Below, piece after piece: positions 26,346 through 37,233 of a stretch of DNA of 52,605 nt (position 1 is its first letter; each line of letters starts with the position of its first letter). The translations under genes were made by a program, and so were the position numbers. Origin of the DNA: Octopus bimaculoides. Its lineage: Eukaryota. The stretch is from the NCBI RefSeq assembly GCF_001194135.2, contig NC_068995.1:23233705-23286309 (forward strand), in the 5' to 3' direction. The notes under the pieces are model-generated. The model was not told where the DNA came from and searched no databases. It worked only from the letters and a program-made list of their open reading frames with translations.

Positions 26346-26899
26346 ATAGATGCGTATAAATATGTTTATATACAAAAATATATTTTTCAAAGAGATAAGA
26401 TATACAGACATATATATTTTCTGCTTTTCCTACAAAATCAAAGCTGAGGCAGGAGTAGTGCAATATATACTGAAATGATATTGAGAGTGAAAGATGTTTT
26501 CTGGGAGCAACACTTACAAAATTGTGTATTATATGGGAATATCCTATTAGTAACAGAAATCATCATAGGATGCAGACGTAAGTTTTGTTGTTAGACCTGA
26601 CGAATGAAATTCTGCGTCAATATGCACTATGGAAATCAATAGAATTTATGACAAAAATAGGAAAATCTTGTCAAGCTTATGTACAACAGCAGCTGCAGAA
26701 GGACAAGGAGCATGATGGATCGCAGTCAATGGGATGTGCATGCGCTTCACATGACATTTCTCTATCTCTCTCCTCATCATATCTATATATGTGTGTGTAT
26801 ATATATGTGTGTGCGTGTGTGTGTGTGTGTATCTGTGCGTGTGTGTGTGTGTGTGCGCGCGCGCGTGCGTGCGTGTGTGTCTGTGTGTCTGTGTGTGTG

Positions 26900-27787
26900 C
26901 AGGGTGCCATGAATATACTGTCGTCTAAATTACGTAAACATAAAAATAACAGTGGCATCTCATTTTAACAGATATATTGACCAAACTTGCATAAATATAT
27001 CTTGAAATACTAAAAAGTAAATTAATTCAATGAAATCACCATTGGCTTCAACCAAGGCCTCCAGTCGACTTCGGAATCTCCTGCAACTTTTCTGGACGGT
27101 CTCCTTGTTTAAGTTGGTGAATGTTGGCATGATCCTTGCCTTCAGTTCATCATTGTTGTTACAAGAAGTTTGTCAGTCTCTCAATCAACTGCGCCCCACA
27201 CATAATAATCAATGGGATTGCAGTCTGGGGAGTTAGGTGGCCAGATATTATGAGTGATGTGGACACAGAAATTGCCTGACAGCAATGACTGGGTTTTATC
27301 GCTTGTGTGGCATGGTGCAGAGTCCTGTAGCCAGAAATAGGGTCATCCAGTAGACGCCCTCTTGAACCAAGGCAGCACTACCTCCTCCAGACACTCGATG
27401 TAAGCTTCTGTGTGGAGCCTGAGGCCATGTGAGACGATGAATGGAAGCACAACGTCACCATCACTATTGATCACTCGAAACACCGTGATGTTGACTCGAT
27501 GTTTGATCTTTATCACTGTCGGTACATGTCCTCAGATTGCACTGTCCTCAGATTGACACACAAATACTCTGAAATGTTCGTATTCTAGCTTCCGGCGCGA
27601 ATGCCAAAGACTACAGCATGTCATTTCCAAATTTCTGGCCGAGTGAATTGCGTCATTGTACTGCTTTCCTCACAAACAGTACCCAACCGAGCCTACTATA
27701 CTGTGTAATCGAGAAAATTAAAAACAAGCAAAGCACATGCACGAAATTAAAAATAACAAATGGCGACAATTTACCCATCGTTCCCGG
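26900..27787 (-). mobile_element. DD37D (maT-type) Tc1/mariner-superfamily transposon, internally deleted
   Basis: Minus frame: VFRVINSDGDVVLPFI..GLRLHTEAYIECLEEVVLPW..WLQDSAPCHTSDKTQSLLSGNFCVHITHNIWPPNSPDCNPIDYYVWGAV, with 37 residues counted between the two Asp. Degenerate TIRs are cagggtgccatgaatatactgtc (26900) and gacaatttacccatcgttcccgg followed by TA (27787). The N-terminal DNA-binding domain is missing. Confidence 0.92.
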
Positions 27788-27821
27788 TATATAGATAGAT
27801 AGAGAGAGAGAGAGAGAGAGG

Positions 27822-27865
<44 letters not shown>

Positions 27866-28485
27866 GCCAATATTGGTAGAATTATCAAAGAAGTACGCCA
27901 GCCAGTGAGAGATAAATATTAATTTGAAACACAACAGAAAGCGCTACTAGTAGCTTCATGCATTTATATTACTGTAATTAAGTATATTTCTAAAATACGC
28001 CGTGTATCTGCAAGTGATCTTTTAGGCTTTATTTATGTATTAGATACATTTTAAAACGAGGATGCTAGATAGTGAGAAGACAAGAAAAAATGTGAAGGAG
28101 AACTCGAAGACGGTTGATGATAAAAATAGAACAAGAAGAAAGAAAGGAAAGCGAGAAACCGTAATTGTAGAAACAACATTTAATGTACCTGGTTTAGAAC
28201 AAAATAGCAGAAAATTTTTCAAAGTGAGCGAGACAGTAACTCAATCTGGAGCGTTTGGTGTCCTCCAGTTCGACAAAAAGAGCTGTCCATGCGTTTGCAC
28301 CTACTAAAAATTTCAGATCTGGAATTAATCGGTGTGTTTGGATTTTGGGTTGTAAGAAGAATATGAAATCTTTCTAATTACGCATAAGTTGCATTTATTA
28401 GATCCATTAATATATGGTTACGCATACGTACCATTTCTTACCTAATGGTTTTTAGTAAGTAATTATATCACAGTCACTAGATACA

Positions 28486-29180
28486 TTGGGTCATCCCATA
28501 AATATTGCAGTTTTTTTCAATTGCATGAATTAAAAGTCGCAGGGGAACGGGCATAACTACCTGCATCAATTTGCCATAAAAGCAGGTAGTAATTTTACCT
28601 TGTCCTTATTCATAGTGCAAGTTTTGAAGAGTGCACTTAGATTTTAACATCTATTTTTTTTCAATGATATAATGGAAGTAACAAAGGAGCATAGTCGGTA
28701 AATTTGGTTTTATTAATTCAATAAAGGCAACACCGAAACGAAAAGTACGAGGAATATTATTGCAGTGCATGGGGATCGAACAATAAGCGTAAGCCAGTGT
28801 CAACGGTTGTTCCAGAAATTCCGAGCCGTAAACTACAGCGTAGAAGACGAGCTTCGCTCTGGAAGATCTGCAGAGCTCGATGAGGTCGTCCTGCAATTCC
28901 TAGTGGAATAAAACCCCTCGTAACTGTTAAAGAACTGGATTTGTTCATTCAACCGTTCATCGACAACTGCGTGCCATCGGAAAAGTCAGCAAATCAGGTC
29001 AATGGGTTCCTCACAAACTTTCCGAGTCTAATCGCGCACAGAGAGTGAACATATGCTCTTCTTTGTTGTCACGTCTCACGAAAGGACGTTTTTGAACCGA
29101 ATACTTACGAGTGGCGTGAAATGGTTTCTCTATAAAAATTTCAATTGCTGAACACCGCATTATTTATGGGATATGCATTA
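28486..29180 (+). mobile_element. Mariner deletion derivative with both TIRs
   Basis: Left TIR ttgggtcatcccataaatattgcagtttt; right TIR aacaccgcattatttatgggatatgca. ATG at 28672 gives MEVTKEH..FNKGN..SVSQCQRLFQKFRAVNYSVEDELRSGRS..GQWVPHKLSESNRAQRVNICSSLL (WVPHKL motif) and breaks off just after the degenerate first catalytic motif. Confidence 0.92.
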
Positions 29181-29761
29181 CTTTACTAACGCGATATTTC
29201 TTCCAAGTCACAGCAATATTGTAAAATATTTCACCGAACCTGCCCTATGATTTCAGTTTACTAGACCTAATTTTGTTAAAAAAGACAGTTAATTTGAAAT
29301 TACCTGAATGTCGATTCAGTACACATACATTAATTTATAGTTATACTAACTTCAATTGCATTTAGCTCCCCAAACTTGGCGCTAAATTGTATATTACAAC
29401 GATCTCACTATTGTCGCTTGTTGTCCCCTCTGTATGTTAACTTCGTACTACTGAATAATTTGAAAGAAGAAAAAAAGAACAAAATTTTTGTTGCCAAGAG
29501 AAAACATTCAAAATATTTCTAAAGATGACTTATACCGAAAAGGCAAAGTTGTACTTTGTATCATTCTATATGTGACAAAATAGACAAACTTTTCAGCTTG
29601 CAGAAATTATATTTAAACAATGAAGAGATTGAGATAAAAAATAAATAAGCTATCTTCAGCTGCTATATTCTTCTTCAGCTGGAGGAGACATTGTGTATTA
29701 TATGTATGTATTTGTAAACATCTCTAAATACGTTGGCCCGTGTCCCATTGGATATTTAACA

Positions 29762-30097
29762 CATTTTTTTCTTATATTTTTTTCATTTCTTTATGCGCCG
29801 TTTTAAAGCTTATCCAGGCTCATGGGCCTGGTTTCCCGGTTTCTATGGAGTATATGTTCCTCCCAGGTGGACAGGACGCCAGTTCATTGCAGCATTACTC
29901 AAGAAACAGGAAGAAAGAGTGAGAGAAGGTTGGGGCGAAAGAGTACAATAGGGGTCGGTACCACCCCTTCCAGAGCCTCGTGGACCGTTAGGTCATTTTC
30001 GCTCAATAACAACATACAACGCCCGGTCTGGGAATCGAAACCGCGATCCCCCGACCGCGAGATCGCTGCCCTAGCCACTGGCCCATTGCGCCTTCAC
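29762..30097 (-). mobile_element. tRNA-derived SINE (family C variant) with A-rich tail
   Basis: Reverse complement: gtgaaggcgcaatgggccagtggctagggcagcg...ggtttcgattcccagaccgggcg head; gcaatgaactggcgtcctgtccacctgggagg...gaaaccgggaaacc body; A-rich tail. Confidence 0.85.
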
Positions 30098-30637
30098 TTT
30101 TTCTTATATACATACGTGTTTATGTGCATACATTCACATATATACAGACACACAAATATATATGTATATAGATAGATAGATAGATAGATAGATAGGTAGG
30201 TAGGTAGGTAGGTATTGTTTGTTTGAAATTGTGTGTTCATATGTTTGTTTCTGTGAGTGAGTTATACAATGTTCCTTCTCTTTTTTAATTTGAATTATTA
30301 AGCTTTACTCATATCTGATCAATGCAACGGCATGTAGTGAATAAACAGCGTGGTATTTCCACCTATATGGTGACATAATCAGACGTGACAAACCGGATCA
30401 ATTTAGTATCGTTCTTCATTAAGAGGAAATAGTTTGTAACGGAAACGATATTTGTTTTTTATAGACTGAAATTCACGTAGTAGATTCTTACATGACAAAT
30501 TCTCTGTTTTTAACCTACCCTATTAGTAAGTATATAGTGTTATACATATCTGCAGGCGCACGCATTTGTGGGATAAAAAAAAAGCAACGCATGCATGTGT
30601 AAAGGAAGTCTAATAGTTTTATATATGTAAATATATA

Positions 30638-30816
30638 NNNNNNNNNNNNNNNNNNNNNNNNNNNNNNNNNNNNNNNNNNNNNNNNNNNNNNNNNNNNNNN
30701 NNNNNNNNNNNNNNNNNNNNNNNNNNNNNNNNNNNNNNNNNNNNNNNNNNNNNNNNNNNNNNNNNNNNNNNNNNNNNNNNNNNNNNNNNNNNNNNNNNNN
30801 NNNNNNNNNNNNNNNN
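30638..30816. other. Assembly gap within (TA)n
   Basis: N run. Confidence 1.
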
Positions 30817-30972
30817 TATATATATATATATATATGCACACACACACACACACACTTTTGTATGTGTGTATGTGCGCTCGCGCGTATGTGTGTATGTAGG
30901 TCTTTGGCTCTATACACGGTTTTGTGTATGTGCATGTGCAAAAACATAAGCGCACATACATGTATAGATAGC

Positions 30973-31007
<35 letters not shown>

Positions 31008-31640
31008 CTACATATATCTTTGTTGCCATGTGAAAGATTGTATGACTGCGACTATATATGCGTGTACGCAAATGAGCATGTGCAGATATGATTTTTATTC
31101 GTTTAATCAACATCGAGGCTTAAATACTAGGCAGGCAGTGAAGAGATACCTGTTTGTATCTTTGTCTACTTAATTCAGATATTTTTTAGTATTTCAAACA
31201 GCAAGAAAGAGCAGGAAATAGTGAATTCTTATAATAATGTGTACCACCTCTCTGTGATCTTAATTCTTTTTATTTACTCCATTGAAAGCAACGCCAATTT
31301 GATTCGTGGAAGAACAGATGAAGAAATACATATATATATCAACGCGCATTGGATCTTTGCAGATCCAAATGCAGCACAATATATTTGAACCAAAGAGTAT
31401 ACAAATAGTCCCGTAGAAGAATTGTACAGATATTCCCGCATTACTTTCAACCCAGGCTTTGGTGTTTCCTGCTTAGGGAAATTATAAGGTATGAACACTA
31501 ATGTCGAGTTGTTATTTTCCCCTACGAATGTTCGGATAGATTTTTAAAATTAAGAAAATACACGGTCTTTTTAACGTAAAGTTGACTTTCCGGGGTTTCC
31601 GTTAATTTCGAAATAATTAAATATTTGAATAATTATAATC

Positions 31641-31762
31641 ATGTGTCTATTTTTGTCACCCAAACATCGCTTGAAAACCGATGCTTGTGTGTTTGCGTCC
31701 CTGTAACCTATCCGCTCGGCAAAAGAAACTGATACAATAAGTTCTAGGCTTACAAAGAATAA
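31641..31762 (+). mobile_element. SINE family A 3' fragment truncated by the PLE
   Basis: catcgcttgaaaaccgatgcttgtgtgtttgcgtccctgtaacc...cggcaaaagaaactgatacaataagttctaggcttacaaagaataa ends abruptly at the PLE terminus. Confidence 0.75.
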
Positions 31763-31815
31763 TTATTTACGTAATTTACATTTCACGGATATTTGTCCTC
31801 ATTTTGTTTGTTGTT

Positions 31816-31861
31816 AACACAATGTTTCGGTTGACATACGCTCCAGCCTTCATCAGGTGTC
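31816..31861 (-). ncRNA. Minimal type I hammerhead ribozyme motif (degenerate copy)
   Basis: Minus strand reads GACAC-CUGAUGA-A-GGCUG-GAGCGUAUGU-CAACC-GAAAC-AUU-GUGUU. Stem I GACAC/GUGUU has 5 pairs, stem II GGCUG/CAACC has 4 of 5, and the conserved core is intact. Stem III AACAUU is one transition from the palindrome AACGUU. Confidence 0.75.
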
Positions 31862-31925
31862 TTGGGGAAATTTCGAACCTGGGTTCTCATTCCTAAGGTG
31901 TTTTTTGATGTTATTGTTATTATTG

Positions 31926-31981
<56 letters not shown>

Positions 31982-31993
31982 GTTGTTGTTGTT

Positions 31994-32901
31994 CAGTAGT
32001 TTTATTTTTATAACGTGCTTTCACTTCACTACCGAGCGCAGCTCTGTGCGCCTTGGGTATGTGCTGTGGTTTGCTGTGGTGCTCTTATGTTTNNNNNNNN
32101 NNNNNNNNNNNNNNNNNNNNNNNNNNNNNNNNNNNNNNNNNNNNNNNNNNNNNNNNNNNNNNNNNNNNNNNNNNNNNNNNNNNNNNNNNNNNNNNNNNNN
32201 NNNNNNNNNNNNNNNNNNNNNNNNNNNNNNNNNNNNNNNNNNNNNNNNNNNNNNNNNNNNNNNNNNNNNNNNNNNNNNNNNNNNNNNNNNNNNNNNNNNN
32301 NNNNNNNNNNNNNNNNNNNNNNNNNNNNNNNNNNNNNNNNNNNNNNNNNNNNNNNNNNNNNNNNNNNNNNNNNNNNNNNNNNNNNNNNNNNNNNNNNNNN
32401 NNNNNNNNNNNNNNNNNNNNNNNNNNNNNNNNNNNNNNNNNNNNNNNNNNNNNNNNNNNNNNNNNNNNNNNNNNNNNNNNNNNNNNNNNNNNNNNNNNNN
32501 NNNNNNNNNNNNNNNNNNNNNNNNNNNNNNNNNNNNNNNNNNNNNNNNNNNNNNNNNNNNNNNNNNNNNNNNNNNNNNNNNNNNNNNNNNNNNNNNNNNN
32601 NNNNNNNNNNNNNNNNNNNNNNNNNNNNNNNNNNNNNNNNNNNNNNNNNNNNNNNNNNNNNNNNNNNNNNNNNNNNNNNNNNNNNNNNNNNNNNNNNNNN
32701 NNNNNNNNNNNNNNNNNNNNNNNNNNNNNNNNNNNNNNNNNNNNNNNNNNNNNNNNNNNNNNNNNNNNNNNNNNNNNNNNNCTGTGTTGAGTCCTGAGCT
32801 TCTCAGCCATTGCTGGGATTTTTCTCTTTCTATTTCTTTCGCATTTAGTTTAGCCCAGTATTTACCATGCAGGGGCTTTTCTTGCCATCGTTTTATCATC
32901 G

Positions 32902-32903
<2 letters not shown>
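31994..32903 (-). mobile_element. R4/Dong-like (RLE) LINE 3' fragment inserted in (TAA)n, spanning the gap 32093-32781
   Basis: Minus frame MIKRWQEKPLHGKYWAKLNAKEIEREKSQQWLRSSGL is homologous to 48150-48270. The 3' UTR (gtgctttcacttcactaccgagcgcagctctgtgcgccttgggtatgtgctgtgg) is homologous to 47415-47480. (TTA)n lies on both sides. Confidence 0.85.
32093..32781. other. Assembly gap inside the Dong-like LINE
   Basis: N run. Confidence 1.
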
Positions 32904-32975
<72 letters not shown>

Positions 32976-33066
32976 TCACTGCCAGGAATCAAACACGGAA
33001 TTAACCACTATGTCATATCTCCATAATTGGAGTGGATAGTATGTTTTTGGGGTAGTTGTTGCTCCA

Positions 33067-33474
33067 ATTATGTAGAAAAGATAGGATGAAACCAATAAAC
33101 TTTCCACAGTATGTCTACCCTATGTGAAAGGCTTCTCCGAAAAGATACAAAATATATGCGTCCTATATGACATCAGGACAGTATTCAAGAATGTGCTGCC
33201 CCCTCAATATAAGAGTAGACGAACATCGCAAAGCTGTGACACGGGGAGATATTAATAAATCGGGTATAGCTGATCATGTATGGAAAAATGGAGACCACCT
33301 CCCCCTGTGGGATGAAGTTAAAATAACAGATAGAGAACACCACTGGAAAAATTGAAAACTAAAAGAAGCAGCTTATATGCTAGGATACAAGAACCTCCTA
33401 AGCAGGCCGAGTGAAGATATGAGTAGCATATGGGAACCAGTATTAAGGAAAGGTAGGAAAATATTAAATGTATA
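33067..33474 (+). pseudogene. PLE (Penelope/Poseidon-type) ORF C-terminal remnant: linker plus GIY-YIG C-terminus, GIY-YIG core deleted
   Basis: TVCLPYVKGFSEKIQNICVLYDIRTVFK, a deletion at ~33191, then PLNIRVDEHRKAVTRGDINKSGIADHVWKNGDHLPLWDEVKITDREHHWKN*KLKEAAYM (R..EH, S.IA.H and LKEA motifs). Confidence 0.85.
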
Positions 33475-33504
33475 AGCCCTAAAATTCACTCCATAATTTC
33501 CCAC

Positions 33505-33578
33505 GGGCATATGGCATAGTGGTTAAGAGCGTGGGCTACTAACCCCAAGATTCCGAGTTCGATTCCAGGCAGTGACCT
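33505..33578 (+). promoter_or_regulatory. tRNA-Arg-like internal Pol III promoter (A and B boxes) inside the PLE terminal repeat
   Basis: gggcatatggcatagtggttaagagcgtgggctactaaccccaagattccgagttcgattccaggc: A-box tggcatagtggttaa and B-box gagttcgattcc. It aligns by eye with eukaryotic tRNA-Arg(ACG) (AAGATTCC..GTTCGA.TCC.GGC). Confidence 0.7.
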
Positions 33579-33695
33579 TAATAATAATAACAATAATAAT
33601 AATGATAATAATAATAACAACAACAACAAGAAAATAACAAAATACCTTAGGAATGAGAACCCAAGACACCTGATGAAGGCTGGAAGGTATATCAG

Positions 33696-33784
33696 AAGTG
33701 CTTTGCTCAAGGACACAATGCATCGCCCGGTCCATGTTACCATCATGAGTTCAACGCCCTAAACACTAAGCCACGCACCTTCAC
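33696..33784 (-). mobile_element. SINE family C head fragment
   Basis: Reverse complement gtgaaggtgcgtggcttagtgtttagggcgttgaactcatga...gaccgggcgatgcattgtgtccttgagcaaagcactt. Confidence 0.75.
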
Positions 33785-33789
33785 GTGAT

Positions 33790-34790
33790 GCCATGAACAC
33801 TGTGATATTGGTTCCGAGCAAAGCAAATTTTTTTCATGTTGGGGAAGAGAAGACAGTCAAATAGGCCAAATAAGCAGAATAAGGAGAGTGGTGAAACAGT
33901 TCAAAGCTGCAGCCAGTCACAGCACCCATCTACACCAACGACTTGTGTGCTGGAGTATTGATCTGATGAAACAAGTCAGTTTTCTTGGACGATGGCTCTA
34001 GTTAATCTTTCGTAACTACATCAGTAAGTTGGTATAATGTTCTCTATTGACAGTGTGGCCCCTTAAAAGAAGTTCAATAAACACAATACCTTTTTTCATC
34101 CCGAAACAACTGAGGCTATCACCTTACCTGAAGATGAAAAAACCTTGGCCGTCATTAGCACAGGTGAGGGGAGGTGTTTCCACTGTATGTATTGTCTTTT
34201 TGTTTCTGGCTCAAAGTGAGGAAGCCAACACACATCTTGGATTAGGAAATATTCAAGGAAATCAGTTGTGTGTCTAAAGCAATGTCAGATTTTCCCGTGG
34301 TGCGATTAGCCTGGGTGCGCTGTTGATCAGGTGCCAGAGACGTGACACACACATTCGCCATCCCAAGTTCAGAATATTCTCAACCCTCTCACAGGATATG
34401 CTTATAGCATTGGTTATTTGATTTATAATCAATGGCTTCTCATCCATCATCATGTGGTGAACACGATCAATGTTTTCCTCTGTAGTGGCAGCAGCAGAAG
34501 GTCTAGACCTTCCCTTCTCTTTCGAAATTCAAATGACCACTTCTACACTGTTAATAAAGTTGGAGCTTCGTCCCCTAGGTACTTGATGACACGAGCCTGC
34601 CAAGTGTAGCCCATTTTCAAGAAATGTTACTACTTATTACATTTGGATTCTTCTTTGATCATTCTGAAGTCAGTTTACCTAGAACGGAACAGTGCGTTTA
34701 TTTATAAGGAGTGAAAGTAATGCATGCAAGATGTCACAGCTCTAGCATCACTCCTTCATAACCAACCTATAAATGTTTCAGCTCAGCGTG
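33790..34790 (-). mobile_element. Decayed mariner transposon (irritans/Himar-like), 3' end lost
   Basis: Minus frames: RPSAAATTEENIDRVHHMMMD, NAISISCERVENIL, LIQDVCWLPHFEPETKRQYIQWKH, KGIVFIE..RGHTVNREHYTNLL. The 5' TIR cacgctgagctgaaacatttataggttgg ends at 34790 with TA at 34791-34792. Confidence 0.9.
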
Positions 34791-35024
34791 TATTTATGTG
34801 TTTGCGAGTGGAGTTTGGATTTTTAAGGCCTGAATTTAGAAGTGCAAAGGACGAAATGTTCATGAATCTGGCATGCCTCAACTAAATTAAATCGTACAGT
34901 ACTTACTTCCAACATTCTACTTCACTATTTCATCACGTGACCATTCTTACTTTCTTGGGAAGAAGACAAGCATTATGTGCTCTCTCATAAACAATTCTTT
35001 CCTAGTGTTATATTTTCCTTCTGT

Positions 35025-36040
35025 ATTGTCTGGAAAGAAGCTAACAAGCGGAGATGAAGGCAATAGTGCGAAAAAGAACCGTAAATAATTACGTTGGATA
35101 TAGGCCCATTGTAAGAGAAAAAAGCAGCAACGTTGCAAAATCATTAAAAATCTTCCAACATCTATAGTTGGGACACCAAGCGGCAATAGTGAGAAAATTG
35201 AGTCAAGAGCTCAAAATATCTCACCGCGAAATGTTCGGAACTAATTATTCCATAGATCTAATGCAATACTTAAATTAAGATGGCTGTCGTCTGTATGGTC
35301 GAAGATCTAGCTTGATGTAATGTGTCGATAATACGATGGTAATGAAAACGAGCGTTTGAAATTACATAAAATATGCATGACTGGTGAATCTGCCATTTCT
35401 AAGAAAAAGCGGAAAAGAATAATTGCTAAAAATGGCTACAAATCAAAGGAAGACTAAAATATTGATGAGGCTAGAATTTTCCGGAAGCTCGTTGCTGTTA
35501 GAAATTTTATTTCGGATGAGAAAATTTCAACACCTGAATTAAAAGTCTCTTCAATGTCGTCTGACGCTTCTTCTGGGATGAAACGCTGCTGGTGATAAGA
35601 AATTAAAGCCTATGGTCCGAAAATCTTTTGAGGTGGTGTTCAGATAAGTAGGCTTGGATTACTAACAGGCTTTTCAATGTGTGCTTTACTTAAAATCTCC
35701 TTCCTACTGTACAAAGTTTCAGAGTTAGAAGTAATATTTCCGACAAAGCATTGCTCCAGTTACTCAACAATCAAGCCAGTTAGCTTAAATGAGAATTCTG
35801 ATAAAGAATATACACCCAAAATACGACCTTTTTGTTCCAGCTGACTTCACTTCCAGCTAAGGTATGACAGCTAACTTCAAAAACGTTCAACTACTTTAAG
35901 AACGCGATTGACGCTTAAGACATCTGGAAGAAGTTTGATAAAATAATAACCATACATAATATAAATGAATTATGGGATAAAGTGAAACCCGTAATTTTTG
36001 ATGCTCCTTAGAAAAATACATAGCCAGAATTTACAAAATT
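35025..36040 (+). mobile_element. Decayed pogo/Tigger (CENP-B/DDE_1) transposase
   Basis: Plus frames: SGKKLTSGDEGNSAKKNRK.ITLDI; LKLHKICMTGESA..KRIIAKNGY..NIDEARIFRKLVAVRNFIS; RLTLLLG*NAAGDKKLKPMV; WCSDK*AWITNRLF; NTTFLFQ; ELWDKVKP. The order is colinear with Tigger-type transposases. Absent from the ORF track because of stops. Confidence 0.85.
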
Positions 36041-36324
36041 TCTAGAAACATAAAAATCCACATCAAATTCGGAAATATATTGCGACACTTCATATTCGAA
36101 CACGAAAACATGGAAGGTTATTTGATTGAGATCTGTAACAAAAATACATATATTCTTTTTCTACTGGTAGAGGAATCAATAAACACATTCACTCAAACAT
36201 GCAACGTGCAGCAAACATCTACATATAAATATGTCCTTTCATAAATTTAGAGATATACACACCTGAGGAAATACTTCACATATTATATTAGAATATATAT
36301 ATACATGCATACACAGACACGCGC

Positions 36325-36368
<44 letters not shown>

Positions 36369-37182
36369 GGGAGAGGAGAGTGTAATGGCGTAAGAGAGTG
36401 ATGGAAATGAGTGGTGTGGTATGGGTGTTCTATACATAGATAAACAATCAATGAAAACTCCCAATTCAGTTATATTGGAAAACATTTCTTATTACCACTT
36501 GTTATTTTTCCTTGTTCTTTTTTTCGCTTGTAATTTGTATATTATTCTTTGAGTTCAAAACTTCTAATTTCGAGTAGATATTGGTTCCCCTTGGCATAAC
36601 ATATTTTCATTTTAAGTAGAAGATTAGCATTAACATTTTCAGCGAACCGTTTCGCTTATTGGAAATTCCATCCATAATATAACGAATATATCTGAAAAAT
36701 ATACACTAATATATGCTTAATTCATATAATGTTTCATATGTTTTCATGTTATGCTTTTGAAATTTTAATTCATTTATTTCGCTTGCATTCAGTCCTAGTT
36801 GTTTTTGTTTTTTAAACAGCAAAATATTTCAATTTGTAAAAGCTTTGCTTTAATCAGTTTCTACATAATAAAATCGCTGGGACAATTTCCCTTTGTGAAG
36901 AAATATGTTCATCTTGTTATTTGAAATCAATCACACGCTTAAAATCAGAGATTTAAAAACGTAATGTTTCACAGATATATCTGCGTGTCTAAATGTAACT
37001 ATGTGCGAGTAAGCGTGTGAATATATATGTGTAATAATTTATATATGAACTTAGGAGTGCGTAGATCACGTAAAATTGCTCCTTCAGAAATATATACACA
37101 TATACACTCAGTAAATATTCATCTATATAGATGTTTCCGCAAGTTCCTTGTCTATTATATATTTGATATTGTGTGTGTGTAT

Positions 37183-37233
<51 letters not shown>

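Larger units (their letters stand above)
31763..33695. mobile_element. 5'-truncated Penelope-like element: inverted terminal repeat (31763-~33066, minus), GIY-YIG remnant, direct terminal repeat (~33485-33695, plus)
   Basis: Both repeats share a tRNA-like head, ggcagtgacct, (AAT)n and ccttaggaatgagaaccc...caagacacctgatgaaggctgga..gtat.tca, in opposite orientations. A PLE endonuclease C-terminus lies between them. Inverted-plus-direct terminal repeats are the established PLE architecture. Confidence 0.85.

Noticed and set aside
34951-35029. 79-nt minus-strand exon candidate with good splice sites
   Set aside because: Its acceptor is antisense to the start of the pogo remnant, the peptide is unrecognisable, and it has no partner exon.
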